Positions 1 through 9,395 of a stretch of 64,000 nt of DNA are shown in pieces. Position 1 is the first letter of the stretch. Every line of letters begins with the position of its first letter. Position numbers and translations under genes: made by a program. Origin of the DNA: Planctomycetota bacterium (GTDB lineage: Bacteria; Planctomycetota; UBA1135; UBA2386); assembly GCA_046290465.1 (NCBI GenBank), contig JBKAGP010000001.1, positions 6,016,001 through 6,080,000 of the forward strand, in the 5' to 3' direction. The notes under the pieces were generated by a model. That model searched no databases. It had not been told where the DNA came from and worked only from the letters and a program-made list of their open reading frames with translations.

Positions 1-2
1 GG

Positions 3-992
3 TTCATCGAGGCGAGTGACGGCGTGCTGCAGCCGGGCATCCTCGAATGCGTCGACAAGCTGTACTTCTCCGTGACGCCGGCCAGCGCCGCGCTGTTGCG
101 GGGGCTCAACTACTTCACCGCCCGCAACGACGAGATCGACGGCGCGACGATCTTCGAGGTCACGTTCAGCACCACGGGGGCGAACTACGGCGAGGTCGTC
201 AACTTCCAGATCTTCCGGACCTACGTCGACCTCGGCGTGCCGATGGGCGCGGACATCGATGCGCTGGCGATGGCCGAGGCGCCCTACGGAGTCCCGCAGA
301 GTGAAGACCAGAGGGTGCATCGCATCGCCGCGGGGCAGCCGCTGCTGGTGGTCTCGTTCGCCGGCGATCCGTTGACCCTCGCCGGCGCGCCGGTCACCGA
401 CCAGCTGTGGGTCGTGGCCCGCACCGAACAGAACCTGCTGTCGGTGAACGATCCGCTGGCCATGCCGGGCGGCCAGCACGGCCGCGCGCTGCGCGACGCG
501 GCCGGCGGCCAGTTGGTCGGCCCGGTCGGCACGCTCACCGGCAACGTCAAGGGCGTCTGCAACTACGATCCCGAGGGCAGCTTCCGGTCGATCACCGCGG
601 CGTTCCCCGACGATGATGCCGTGGTGATCCCGCGCATGATCCTGAGCGCGGCCGCGACCCAGCCGAGCGTGGACGACGGCTGGGACCCCACGGTGGTCGA
701 CCGGTTCACGCTGCACGGCTCGGTCAGCGGCTGGGGCACGATGCCGGCGCAGCAGGCCTCGATGCTGCTCTGGATCGAGGTCGACGGTACGCCCTACTGG
801 CGTGCGCTGCCGCCGCGCGGTGCGGCCAAGGACGTCTACGACTTCGAGCTCGAACTGGAGTTCCCGCGCGACAACGCGCCGGGTAACGGAGGCATCAACG
901 ACTACCGCTTCTGCATCGTCTCGGCGGCCGCGGTGTCGCCGACGCAGGCCTGCTACTCGCCGTTCATGCTGCTGCACCGCGAGGCGCCGTAG
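3..992 (+). CDS. Hypothetical protein, 5'-truncated by the window edge
   Basis: Frame is open from position 3 (FIEASDG...) to TAG at 990-992, with strong GC3 bias. No recognisable motif. Confidence 0.7.
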   Translation, partial: FIEASDGVLQPGILECVDKLYFSVTPASAALLRGLNYFTARNDEIDGATIFEVTFSTTGANYGEVVNFQIFRTYVDLGVPMGADIDALAMAEAPYGVPQSEDQRVHRIAAGQPLLVVSFAGDPLTLAGAPVTDQLWVVARTEQNLLSVNDPLAMPGGQHGRALRDAAGGQLVGPVGTLTGNVKGVCNYDPEGSFRSITAAFPDDDAVVIPRMILSAAATQPSVDDGWDPTVVDRFTLHGSVSGWGTMPAQQASMLLWIEVDGTPYWRALPPRGAAKDVYDFELELEFPRDNAPGNGGINDYRFCIVSAAAVSPTQACYSPFMLLHREAP

Positions 993-1076
993 TCGAAATC
1001 CGCGCGCCGGACGTCCGGTTTCGTCGCGCTGGCCGCCCTTGGTTCTCGGACGCACGTTCGCGTCCGGGAATCACCG

Positions 1077-2429
1077 ATGACCCTTTCGACCTCCTCGGCC
1101 GGCCTCGCCGGCATCTCGCGCATCGCTCGCTGCGCATCCTTCTTCACCATCTGCGTTGCGGTCACCGCCCAGCAGGACGAACGTACCGTCACCACCATCG
1201 GCAATGCCGGCCTGATGGTCGCGACCGAGCCGACGACGCAGACCGTGCTCGCGCTCGACGACCAGGCCGGCGGCCCGATGGTGACGCGCCGGTTCGACGG
1301 CGCGACGTTCAACAACGTCGCCACCGCCGGCCCGAGCCTGCGCGCGCTCGGCGCGTTCTCGGCCTGCTCGTCGACCGAGATGGTGATGTTCGGCGGCACG
1401 CCGGCCGGCGGCGGCACGCCGCTCGGCGACACCTGGCGCTGGAACGGCAGCGCGTGGACGCAACTGACGCCGGCGATCGCGCCGGCGCCGCGCTTTGGCG
1501 CGGCGATCGCGCAGCTGCCGTCGGGGGCGGCGATGCTGTTCGGCGGTGCGTCGAGCAGCGCGCCCGGTGCGGTGCTGGGCGACACCTGGTTCTTCGACGG
1601 CAGCAACTGGACCACGCCGACCAGCAACCCGGTGCAGCCCTCGGCGCGTGTCGGTGCCTCGATGTGCCCCGACGGCAACGGCAACCTGCTGCTGTTCGGC
1701 GGCCTCGACGCAAGCGGCGCGTTCCTGTCCGACACCTGGCAGTTCGACGGCGTCAACTGGACGCAGCTGGTCGGTGTCGGCCAGCCGCCCGCGCGTGCCT
1801 ACGCCGGCATGGACCTCGACGCACTGCCGACGCTCGCTGGTCTGGTGCGCAACGACGTGGTGCTGATGGGCGGCCTGTCGTCGGGCACGATCCAGGACGT
1901 CTGGCGGTTCCGCAACGGCGCCTGGGCGGTGGTCCCCGGGCTGATCTACAACTCGGCGAGCACCTTCGTGACCGCGGCGACCGACGCCGTCCGGGACACG
2001 GTCGTCGCGGTCGACGCGGTGATCTCGCTGCCGGCGGCCAGCTGTGGTTCGCGCTTCACGACGTTCGGGGCCGGCTGCGGCTTCCCGATGACGCTCGCCG
2101 GCGACGACATCGTGGTCGCTGGCGGCAACCTGACGCTGACGATCGACGCGACCGGCTTCCCCAACGCGTTCCTGTTCGTGTCGTTCGACCCCGCTGCGGC
2201 TCCGGGCGCGGGCTTCCCGACGCCGTGGCCCGGCTGCGCGCGCTTCGTCGGCAACGCCGCGGGCGTCTCGGGCACCGTCGGGTTGGCGCTGACCGGTGCG
2301 GGAACCGGCACGCTGACGGTGACCGCCAGCTACTCGACGGCGCTGATCGGCACGCGGATCAACTACCAGGCCGCCGACTTCGCCGTCAACAGCCTCAGCA
2401 ACGCGCTCGAGGTCCGGGTCGGCAACTGA
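1077..2429 (+). CDS. Secreted Kelch/galactose-oxidase-like beta-propeller protein with C-terminal accessory module
   Basis: Signal peptide; repeated (L/M)FGG...DTW.(W/F)(N/D)G..W blades; C-terminus FGAGC...PWPGC...YQA...SNALEVRVGN. Confidence 0.8.
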   Translation: MTLSTSSAGLAGISRIARCASFFTICVAVTAQQDERTVTTIGNAGLMVATEPTTQTVLALDDQAGGPMVTRRFDGATFNNVATAGPSLRALGAFSACSSTEMVMFGGTPAGGGTPLGDTWRWNGSAWTQLTPAIAPAPRFGAAIAQLPSGAAMLFGGASSSAPGAVLGDTWFFDGSNWTTPTSNPVQPSARVGASMCPDGNGNLLLFGGLDASGAFLSDTWQFDGVNWTQLVGVGQPPARAYAGMDLDALPTLAGLVRNDVVLMGGLSSGTIQDVWRFRNGAWAVVPGLIYNSASTFVTAATDAVRDTVVAVDAVISLPAASCGSRFTTFGAGCGFPMTLAGDDIVVAGGNLTLTIDATGFPNAFLFVSFDPAAAPGAGFPTPWPGCARFVGNAAGVSGTVGLALTGAGTGTLTVTASYSTALIGTRINYQAADFAVNSLSNALEVRVGN

Positions 2430-2444
2430 GATCGGGGCGGGCCG

Positions 2445-4256
2445 TCAGTCCGTCGCCGCTGCGTGCGTCGGCCGGGACGCCGCCCGTTCGTCGATCGGGC
2501 GGCCAGTGGTGCGCAGCAGCAAGAAGAACGCGGCGCCGCCGCCATCGCGGTCGCGGTATTCGACGCCGCCGCCGTGCATGCGCGCCACTTCGGCCGTGAT
2601 CTTCAGGCCGATGCCGAGGCCGTCGGGCTTGTCGACCAGCACGTCGCCACCCTGGGCGAAGCGCTCGAACACGCGCTGGCGCTCGTCGGCGCGCAGCCCC
2701 GGCCCGCGATCGGCGACCTCGATCGAGTAGCTGGACTCGCCGACACGAACGGTGAGCTCGACCTGGCCGCCGTCGGGGCTCCACTGCCAGGCGTTGCGCA
2801 GCAGGTGTTCGATGGCCTGCACGATGCGTTCGCGGTCGCCCTGCAGCCGACAGGTGCGCTCGCAGAAGATCGAGACCTCGACGTTCTTGAGCTGCTGCAG
2901 CACCGCGGTCCGTCGGCAGGCTTCTTCGGCCGCCTGCTGCAGGTCGACCGGCCCGAGCGTCCAGCCGGCCTGGTCGCCGGCGAGCGCGGCGTACTCGAGG
3001 GTGTCGGTGATGCGCTCGGCGAGCCGGGTCGACTCGCGCAGGATCGTGTCGAGGAACTCGTGGCGCTCCTCCGCGCTGGCCTCCTCGCCGAACTGCTGCA
3101 GCAGCTCGGCCGTCGACTGGATGCCGGTCAGCGGGGTGCGCAGCTCGTGGCTCATGCTGGTCAGGAAGCCGTCCTTGGCCCGGTTGGCCGCCTCGGCGCG
3201 CGCGGCCTTCTCCTGACCGTCGGCGATCAGTTCCTGCATGGCAGCAGCCATCGAGTCGAACGACCGCCCCAGGCGGCTCAGTTCGCGGTCCGAGTCGAGT
3301 TCGCCGACGCGGGCGCCGAGGTCGCCTTCGCGCAGGCGCTCGGCCGCCGTGGTCAGCCGGCGCAGCGGCTTCGACATGCGCAGCGCGGTGCGGGTCGCGA
3401 ACAGCAGCCCGAACGCGATGGTGGCGCCGCCGATCAGCAGCAGCAGCGCGCGCATGCGGTCGCGCAGCGCGAACAGGCCGCCGAGTTCCTGGCCCAGGAA
3501 CACGATGCCACAATCGCCACGCAGCGGGGCGACGATGCCGAACGCCGTCGAGCCGGACACGTCGACCGACATCGGGCGGCCCTCGGGGGGCAGGTCCGCG
3601 GGGCGCGCGGCCAGCAGGTCGCCGAGCTCCGATGGCGAAGGCGTGCCGCTTGGCCACCTGGTGCCGAGCAGCCGACCGTCGTGCACCAGCGCGACGTCGC
3701 GGCCGGACAGCGCCCCGAGGTGCTCGGCGAAGTCCTGGTCGACCAGGCGGCCGTAGACGAGCGAGCCGAGCAGCACGTCGCCCTGCACCAGCGGAGCGAT
3801 GCCGACGATCGCCAGACCGTCGGGGTTGGGCCAGACGTGGGTCGCGCTGCCGAGCTCGTGGTGCCGTTCGAACCCGGGCATCCTCGACAGGTTGGTCGTA
3901 GCCGGCCAGGCGGCGCGGCTCGCCAGCACGCGTCCGTCCGGGCGCAGCACGGCGAGCAACTGCGACTCGACCTCGCCGAGCACGTCGAGCAGCGTGACCT
4001 CGTCGACCCCTTCGATGTCCATCATCGCGAGCAGGCGCGGTGATCGGGACAGTTCGCGGACCTGGCGGTCGAGCGTCTCCAGCAGCAGCCGCCGCTGCGC
4101 GTCCAGGCTGCTGCGGGCCTCGTCGTACTCGCGCGCCAACTGCTGCTCGAAGTAGCCGTCGACGACGTGCGCGAACGCGACGGCGCACGCACCGACGAAC
4201 AGCACCACCATCGCGGTGGTGCCGAGCATCAGGCGGGTGCGGAACGCGAGCTGCAT
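2445..4256 (-). CDS. Membrane-bound sensor histidine kinase (periplasmic sensor, HAMP, HisKA, HATPase)
   Basis: Two TM segments; HAMP (KPLRRL...DRELSRLGRSFDSM); H-box SHELRTPL; N-box LLRNAWQW; DRGPG; GLGIGL. Confidence 0.93.
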   Translation of the reverse strand: MQLAFRTRLMLGTTAMVVLFVGACAVAFAHVVDGYFEQQLAREYDEARSSLDAQRRLLLETLDRQVRELSRSPRLLAMMDIEGVDEVTLLDVLGEVESQLLAVLRPDGRVLASRAAWPATTNLSRMPGFERHHELGSATHVWPNPDGLAIVGIAPLVQGDVLLGSLVYGRLVDQDFAEHLGALSGRDVALVHDGRLLGTRWPSGTPSPSELGDLLAARPADLPPEGRPMSVDVSGSTAFGIVAPLRGDCGIVFLGQELGGLFALRDRMRALLLLIGGATIAFGLLFATRTALRMSKPLRRLTTAAERLREGDLGARVGELDSDRELSRLGRSFDSMAAAMQELIADGQEKAARAEAANRAKDGFLTSMSHELRTPLTGIQSTAELLQQFGEEASAEERHEFLDTILRESTRLAERITDTLEYAALAGDQAGWTLGPVDLQQAAEEACRRTAVLQQLKNVEVSIFCERTCRLQGDRERIVQAIEHLLRNAWQWSPDGGQVELTVRVGESSYSIEVADRGPGLRADERQRVFERFAQGGDVLVDKPDGLGIGLKITAEVARMHGGGVEYRDRDGGGAAFFLLLRTTGRPIDERAASRPTHAAATD

Positions 4257-4257
4257 G

Positions 4258-5298
4258 TCAGTACTTCTTCTTGTAGGCGCGGCCGTGCTTGTTGGTGTGC
4301 GGGGCGCGCACGCGGTCTTCGCGCACCTCGAGCGGCACTTCGATCCGGGCGCGGGGATCGACCACCAGCTCTTGCCGCAGGCCCTTGGCGAGCGCGTGCC
4401 AGACGCGCAGCGTGTAGGTGCCCGGTGGCACGTCGGGGATGTGCCAGTGGCCGCCGGCGTCGGTCACCGCGGCGCGGCGCGTGTTGAGCACCAGCACGTG
4501 CGAGGACATGTCCGCGTGGATGTTGCAGTGCACCTTGACCAGGCCCGGCCGCAGCATGGTCTTGCGCCTCGCCTTGCCCTTGCCGTAGGTGCCGAGGTCG
4601 AACGCGTTGCCGCGCGACAGCGAGAACACGTTGTGGAACACCACGTCGTCGTTGGGGAACTCGACCGTCGTGCCGGTCGTGACCACCAGCACCGCGGGGT
4701 CGAAGCGCCGTCCGCGCTGCGAGATCCGCGGTTCGCGCGGCAGCGGCTGCGGCCGATCCCGGGCCGACTCGAGGAACACCACGAGGCCGTCGGCGTCGGC
4801 GACGGGCGCTCCCTGGCGGTCGAGCAGGCGCACCGTGCCGTGCACGAGGCCGTCGCGGTTGGGGAACCAGCCGCGCTCGTCGTTGCCGTCGCGGTTGTGC
4901 AGGTGGCAGCGGGTGCAGGCGCCGCGCAGCGCCGCGAAGTCGTAGCGGCCACTCGGCCCGTGGCTCGTCGACGGCTTCTCCAGCGCGCCGATCGCCGCCT
5001 CGACCTGGGCCACCGTCGCGCGCGCCAGCTCCGGCGACGGCATCGTCGCGGCGTGCTGCGACAGCACCGGGAGCACGCCCCGCATCTGCTGCAGCAGTTC
5101 GCCCGGTGGCCGCGCCGCGGCGTCGGCGTCGAACATGCGCCCGAGCCGGCTGGTGGCGTCCGAGAGCTGCTGCATGGCGGTCGCCAGGTCCGGTCCGGTC
5201 GCGTCCTGGGCGCGCGCCGTGGTCGCGAGCAGCAGCCACAGCGGCAGCCACGCGATCCGCGTGGTGCCTTCGAGAAGCGTGCGGTGGGGGTGGGACAT
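4258..5298 (-). CDS. Secreted fusion of a helical c-type cytochrome domain and a cupredoxin-like/Ig-like domain
   Basis: ATG at 5298; signal peptide ending ARA-Q; CTRCH at 4903-4917; FHNVFS and CNIHADM (4507-4527) resemble a type-1 copper site; VPPGTYTLRVWH. Confidence 0.8.
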   Translation of the reverse strand: MSHPHRTLLEGTTRIAWLPLWLLLATTARAQDATGPDLATAMQQLSDATSRLGRMFDADAAARPPGELLQQMRGVLPVLSQHAATMPSPELARATVAQVEAAIGALEKPSTSHGPSGRYDFAALRGACTRCHLHNRDGNDERGWFPNRDGLVHGTVRLLDRQGAPVADADGLVVFLESARDRPQPLPREPRISQRGRRFDPAVLVVTTGTTVEFPNDDVVFHNVFSLSRGNAFDLGTYGKGKARRKTMLRPGLVKVHCNIHADMSSHVLVLNTRRAAVTDAGGHWHIPDVPPGTYTLRVWHALAKGLRQELVVDPRARIEVPLEVREDRVRAPHTNKHGRAYKKKY

Positions 5299-5300
5299 GA

Positions 5301-6536
5301 TCAGAAGCTGAACACCAGTTCGGCCGCGGTGAATACGCGCGTGTCGTTGGGCAATCCGCTCACGTCGGTCGCCTGCAGGTGGTCGAAGCCGACCTCGGCC
5401 TTGACGGTGAGCTCCGGCGCGAAGTCGTAGCTCAGGCCGGCTGCGACCCGCTGCAGCTGCGACAGGTCGAAGCCGTAGCTCGCCACGCCGTTGCCGTAGG
5501 GGCGGCTCTCGAAGGCGTAGCCCTCCTGGGAGTCGAACGTGCCGACCCCGCTCCAGCGACAGGTTGCCTGACACGACGGCGCGAACCGCCAGCTCGGTTC
5601 GATCGTGAACCAGTAGATCGTGCGGTCGAAGGCCGAGACGTCGTCGTCGACGATCGCGGTGCCGGCCTCGGCCTGGACGTGCAGCGTGCTCGTCGGCTGC
5701 CAGCGAACGTCGACGCACGCGACCGTCGATCGCACCTCGGCGCTCGGGCTGACGCCGGCGGCACCGCCGGCGACCGGCGTCAGCAGCGAACCGCCGAAGC
5801 ACAGGGCGCTGACGTCGGCTTCGTGGATGTAGAGTCCGCTGGCGCTGACGTAGAGCCCGTCGCACGGCCGCGCGTGCAGCCGCAGCGTCGTCGCGGGCGC
5901 CACGCCGGACGCGGAGTTGCGGCTGTAGGTGCCGTCGGTGATCGACGCCGTGAAGCCCCAGCTGCCGCGGTCGCTGTAGGCCATCACGCCTTCGTCCCAG
6001 CGATACGGGATCGCCGCCGGAAAGCCGATCATGCGGTTCTTGTTGGGGTCCTCGAGCAGGTACCACTCCCCGAACGGCAGGTCGAAGCGGCCGACCTTCA
6101 GGTTGAGCGTGCCGTTGGCCTCGCCGCTGCCGAGCACGTCGTCGATGCGGATGTAGGTCTCGCCGAGCGAGACCTCGTTCTGCCCCGCTTCCTGGAAGTA
6201 GTCGTAGCGCAGTTCGACGAACGCGCTGGCGACGTCGCGCACCGACATGTCGAGGAACAGCGTGCCGGCCTGGATGCCGAGCGCGCCGTCCGGGCGCGCG
6301 CCGCCGCGGGCCGTGTCGAAGTAGCGGCCCGCGACGAAGCCGTAGATCTGGAACCGGTCGATCCAGTCGTCGAGGGCGCGACCGGCGCGGCCGAACGCAT
6401 CCTGCATCGAGTCGTGCTGGTCCTCGCCGAGGTCGACGCCGCCGACCTCGGGCTCCTGCGCGAGCAGGCCGGTGGCGGGCAACAACAGGGCGAGCGTCGG
6501 GACCAGGGCGCGCCGCAGCGCGAAGGGGGCGTGCAT
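5301..6536 (-). CDS. Putative outer-membrane beta-barrel porin
   Basis: Signal peptide; amphipathic strands; LKVGRFDLPFG motif seen in OprO/P-like barrels; ends in aromatic beta-signal ELVFSF. Confidence 0.75.
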   Translation of the reverse strand: MHAPFALRRALVPTLALLLPATGLLAQEPEVGGVDLGEDQHDSMQDAFGRAGRALDDWIDRFQIYGFVAGRYFDTARGGARPDGALGIQAGTLFLDMSVRDVASAFVELRYDYFQEAGQNEVSLGETYIRIDDVLGSGEANGTLNLKVGRFDLPFGEWYLLEDPNKNRMIGFPAAIPYRWDEGVMAYSDRGSWGFTASITDGTYSRNSASGVAPATTLRLHARPCDGLYVSASGLYIHEADVSALCFGGSLLTPVAGGAAGVSPSAEVRSTVACVDVRWQPTSTLHVQAEAGTAIVDDDVSAFDRTIYWFTIEPSWRFAPSCQATCRWSGVGTFDSQEGYAFESRPYGNGVASYGFDLSQLQRVAAGLSYDFAPELTVKAEVGFDHLQATDVSGLPNDTRVFTAAELVFSF

Positions 6537-6545
6537 ACGCCCGTG

Positions 6546-6573
6546 TCATCGGCCCGTCCGGCTCCGCACTTGA
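6546..6573 (-). promoter_or_regulatory. Possible sigma-28-like promoter for the porin operon
   Basis: Minus strand reads TCAA-N16-GCCGATGA, ending 9 nt before the porin ATG. The consensus is T(A/C)AA-N15-GCCGATAA, so spacing is one base long. Confidence 0.4.
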
Positions 6574-6626
6574 GCCCAGGTGGGGGCGCGGCGGTTGCCG
6601 GGCGCCCGGTTGGGGGGGGGCGTCGA

Positions 6627-7703
6627 TCAGGCGTAGTACTTGCCGAACCGGTTCGCCAGGAACTGCTCGTAGTCGACGTCTTCCATCTTGAGGAAGCCCT
6701 CGCCCGGCAGCTTGCCCTCGTGCAGCAGGTCGACGATCGCGCAGACGCCCGCGGCGGTCGTGATCTGGATGCCGCTCCAGTTGCGGCCGTCGATGTTCTG
6801 GTGGTAGATCGTCTTGGCGTAGGTGCGCTCGGCGAGGCGGCCGCGGTACTGCCCGGTGGCGCTGACGAAGATCACGATCTGGTCCTGGAACGTCGCCGGC
6901 AGCGACTTCTCGAAGATCTTGCCGAGGCCTTCCTGGTCGTCCTGCATCTGCAGGTCGTGCAGCAGGAACTTCATCAGGTCGCAGTGACCCGGGTAGCGCA
7001 TCGTCTTGTAGTTGACGTTCTTGACCTTGTCCTTGAGCGTGATCGCGAGCGTGCCGAGGCCGCCCGACGTGTTGAATGCCTCGTACTCGACGCCGTCGAT
7101 CGTCAGGTGCTCGAGCTGCTCCATCGGCGGCACCGTGGTCAGCTCGCCGTTCTCGACCGACTCGCACGGGTTGCAGTACTCGTTGATCAGGCCGGCGGTC
7201 GACCAGGTCAGGTTGTACTTCAGGCGGTTGGACGGGTAGCGCGGCAGCGCGCCGACGCGCAGGCGCAGGTCGCTGACCTCGGTCATCGACTGCATCAGGT
7301 GGTTGGCCGTGATCGTGATGAAGCCCGGCGCGAGGCCGCACTGCGGCGCGAACAGCGATTTGCTGCCCTCGGCCAGCTTCTTGACCTGGGCGGTGACCTC
7401 GACGTCCTCGGTCAGGTCGAAGTAGTGCACGCCGTGCTCCTTGGCGCGCTCGGCGATCAGCGGGTTGCAGTGGTAGGGCGCGCAGCTGATCACGGCCCAG
7501 GCGCCCTTCAGGATCGCGTCGAGCGACGCGCCGTCGGCGAAGTCGACGACCTGGCCGTCGACCGCTTCGAACTCCTTCTTGATGTGGTCGATCGCGGCCT
7601 GCGAGGCGTCGCCGATGCGGACCTTGTAGGAGCCGCTGTGCGACATGAAGTGGCAGACCATGCGGCCGATCTTGCCGGCGCCGAGGATGACGAGTTCGTT
7701 CAT
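6627..7703 (-). CDS. Saccharopine dehydrogenase / lysine 6-dehydrogenase family oxidoreductase
   Basis: ILGAGKIG Rossmann motif; HYFDLTED; CGLAPG; YNLTWS; EAFNTSGGLGTL; YKTMRYPGH. Confidence 0.9.
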   Translation of the reverse strand: MNELVILGAGKIGRMVCHFMSHSGSYKVRIGDASQAAIDHIKKEFEAVDGQVVDFADGASLDAILKGAWAVISCAPYHCNPLIAERAKEHGVHYFDLTEDVEVTAQVKKLAEGSKSLFAPQCGLAPGFITITANHLMQSMTEVSDLRLRVGALPRYPSNRLKYNLTWSTAGLINEYCNPCESVENGELTTVPPMEQLEHLTIDGVEYEAFNTSGGLGTLAITLKDKVKNVNYKTMRYPGHCDLMKFLLHDLQMQDDQEGLGKIFEKSLPATFQDQIVIFVSATGQYRGRLAERTYAKTIYHQNIDGRNWSGIQITTAAGVCAIVDLLHEGKLPGEGFLKMEDVDYEQFLANRFGKYYA

Positions 7704-7871
7704 TGAGCTGAGCAGAGTTGCCGGTGGGCTGTGGTGGGCTTTCAGGGCGTGGCAGCGCCGCGTTCTCGGGCGAACATTCTTCGGCCGCCGGGCCGCCGGT
7801 CAAGAGTTGTCGCGCAGATGTCGCCGTTCTGGCCATGGCAGCGGCATACTGACGGGAAGGAAACACCGCCG

Positions 7872-8162
7872 ATGTCGTCGCAAGCCGTTGTCATGATGGA
7901 GGTCCCGCAGAAGGCCGAGCCGCTGCCGTTGTCCGACTTGTTGGGGCAGGCGCCCGGCGGCTTGCTGTGGCTGCTGATCCCGGCGATCGGGCTGCTGCTG
8001 CACCTGGGCCTTTCGGTGGTGGTGCTGATCGACGGTCGCAAGCGCCGGACCGAGATGATGGCGGCGCCGCTGTGGGCGCTGCTGGTGTTCTTCACCGGCC
8101 TGATGGGCTTCTTGGTCTACTGGCTGGTCAACCGCGAGGCGCCGCGGCGCGACCCGGGCTAG
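7872..8162 (+). CDS. Small membrane protein (PLDc_N/YxlD-like hairpin)
   Basis: Hydrophobic helices with ID.RKR...WALLVFFTGLMGFLVYWL. Start codon uncertain. Confidence 0.6.
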   Translation: MSSQAVVMMEVPQKAEPLPLSDLLGQAPGGLLWLLIPAIGLLLHLGLSVVVLIDGRKRRTEMMAAPLWALLVFFTGLMGFLVYWLVNREAPRRDPG

Positions 8163-8169
8163 GCGCCGC

Positions 8170-8454
8170 GTGTCCGGCGCGTCGCAGCGTGGCGAAAGCC
8201 TGCTCGAGACCCTCGTGCGGCTGCTCGACGAGCATCAGGTCGCGCGCCTGCTCGTCTACGCGCTGCTCGCGGTCGCCGTCGTGCACGTCACGCTGGCGAT
8301 CGTGGTCTGGGTGCACAGCCGCAAGGTCGAGCTGCAGTACCTGTCCCGTTCGGGATGGACCTGGACGGTGCTGTCCTCGGGCGTGCTGGCCGCGATGGCC
8401 TACTGGATCGTGCACGTCGTCGCGGCACCGGACCAAACCCAGGACCCCGACTGA
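8170..8454 (+). CDS. Small membrane protein, probable paralog of the upstream gene
   Basis: Similar hydrophobic pattern (H..L..VV....RK...W......G.....YW). Confidence 0.55.
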   Translation: MSGASQRGESLLETLVRLLDEHQVARLLVYALLAVAVVHVTLAIVVWVHSRKVELQYLSRSGWTWTVLSSGVLAAMAYWIVHVVAAPDQTQDPD

Positions 8455-8548
8455 CCCCCCAAAACACCGCATACCGACACCGCATACCGAACCGGGTGGC
8501 GCAGCCTGCACCACGGCTCGGCATGCGGTGCGGCGTGCGTGTCGGGGG

Positions 8549-9385
8549 TCAGTTCTTGCGGCCGACCACGATCGAGATCCAGGCCTCGTCCATGTCGCCG
8601 ACCTCCTTGCGGCGGAAGACGCCGTTGCCCTCCATGGTCTTGAGGTCGGTGCCTTCCCAGAGCACGTGCACGTCGTCGAAGCCGGCCTCCTCGAACAGCT
8701 CGCGGATCTCGGCGAGCGTCCACAGACGCCAGTCGTAGACGAACGCGTTCTTCATCATCGAGCCGTCGGGGAACTCGAAGTGGATGGCGCAGACGAACCG
8801 GTGGCTGATCGGGTCGTACGAGCGCTGCTCCCAGTGGTAGTCGAACCCTTCCTTCTCGGTGACGTCGGTGTTGGCCTGCATCACGTCCGGGCCGCCGAGC
8901 GCGTCCATGTAGAACACGCCGCCGGGCTTCAGCGACTTGTAGACCGCCTTGATGTAGGCGCCGAGCGCCTTGCGGGTCGTGAACACCTGGTAGCTGAAGT
9001 TCAGCGCCAGCACGCAGTCGACCTTGGGCCTCGTGACCTCGAGCACGTTCTTCTCGAGCAGCGTCAGGCGGCTCTGCTGCTCCTCGTCGAGCAGCACCTC
9101 GACGTTGTGCTCGATGCCCCAGTCGAGCGTCGGCCGGTGCAGGTCGACGCCGATGGCGGTGTTGTCCTTGTGGTTCTTCACGTGGTGGCACGCGAGGATC
9201 GCGGTGCCACAGAAGTCCTCGCGCAGCGAACGCAGGTCGCGACCGGTGTACTTCTTGAACCAGCGGGCGTAGGTCTTGGAGTCGACGTCGGGCGCCTGCA
9301 CCGACAGTTGGTAGAGCACGTGCTTGTCCGCCGTGCGCGCGGTCAGCGCCTTCTTCTTGGTCTTGGCCTGCTTCTTCGATGCCAT
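8549..9385 (-). CDS. Class I SAM-dependent methyltransferase
   Basis: LREDFCGTA motif-I variant; GVDL; ALNFSY; LKPGGVFYMD. Confidence 0.85.
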   Translation of the reverse strand: MASKKQAKTKKKALTARTADKHVLYQLSVQAPDVDSKTYARWFKKYTGRDLRSLREDFCGTAILACHHVKNHKDNTAIGVDLHRPTLDWGIEHNVEVLLDEEQQSRLTLLEKNVLEVTRPKVDCVLALNFSYQVFTTRKALGAYIKAVYKSLKPGGVFYMDALGGPDVMQANTDVTEKEGFDYHWEQRSYDPISHRFVCAIHFEFPDGSMMKNAFVYDWRLWTLAEIRELFEEAGFDDVHVLWEGTDLKTMEGNGVFRRKEVGDMDEAWISIVVGRKN

Positions 9386-9395
9386 GGCGCCCTTG

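Noticed and set aside
6612..6620. G9 homopolymer upstream of the porin operon as a phase-variation switch
   Set aside because: It lies outside coding sequence and outside the putative promoter spacer; there is no evidence of length variation.
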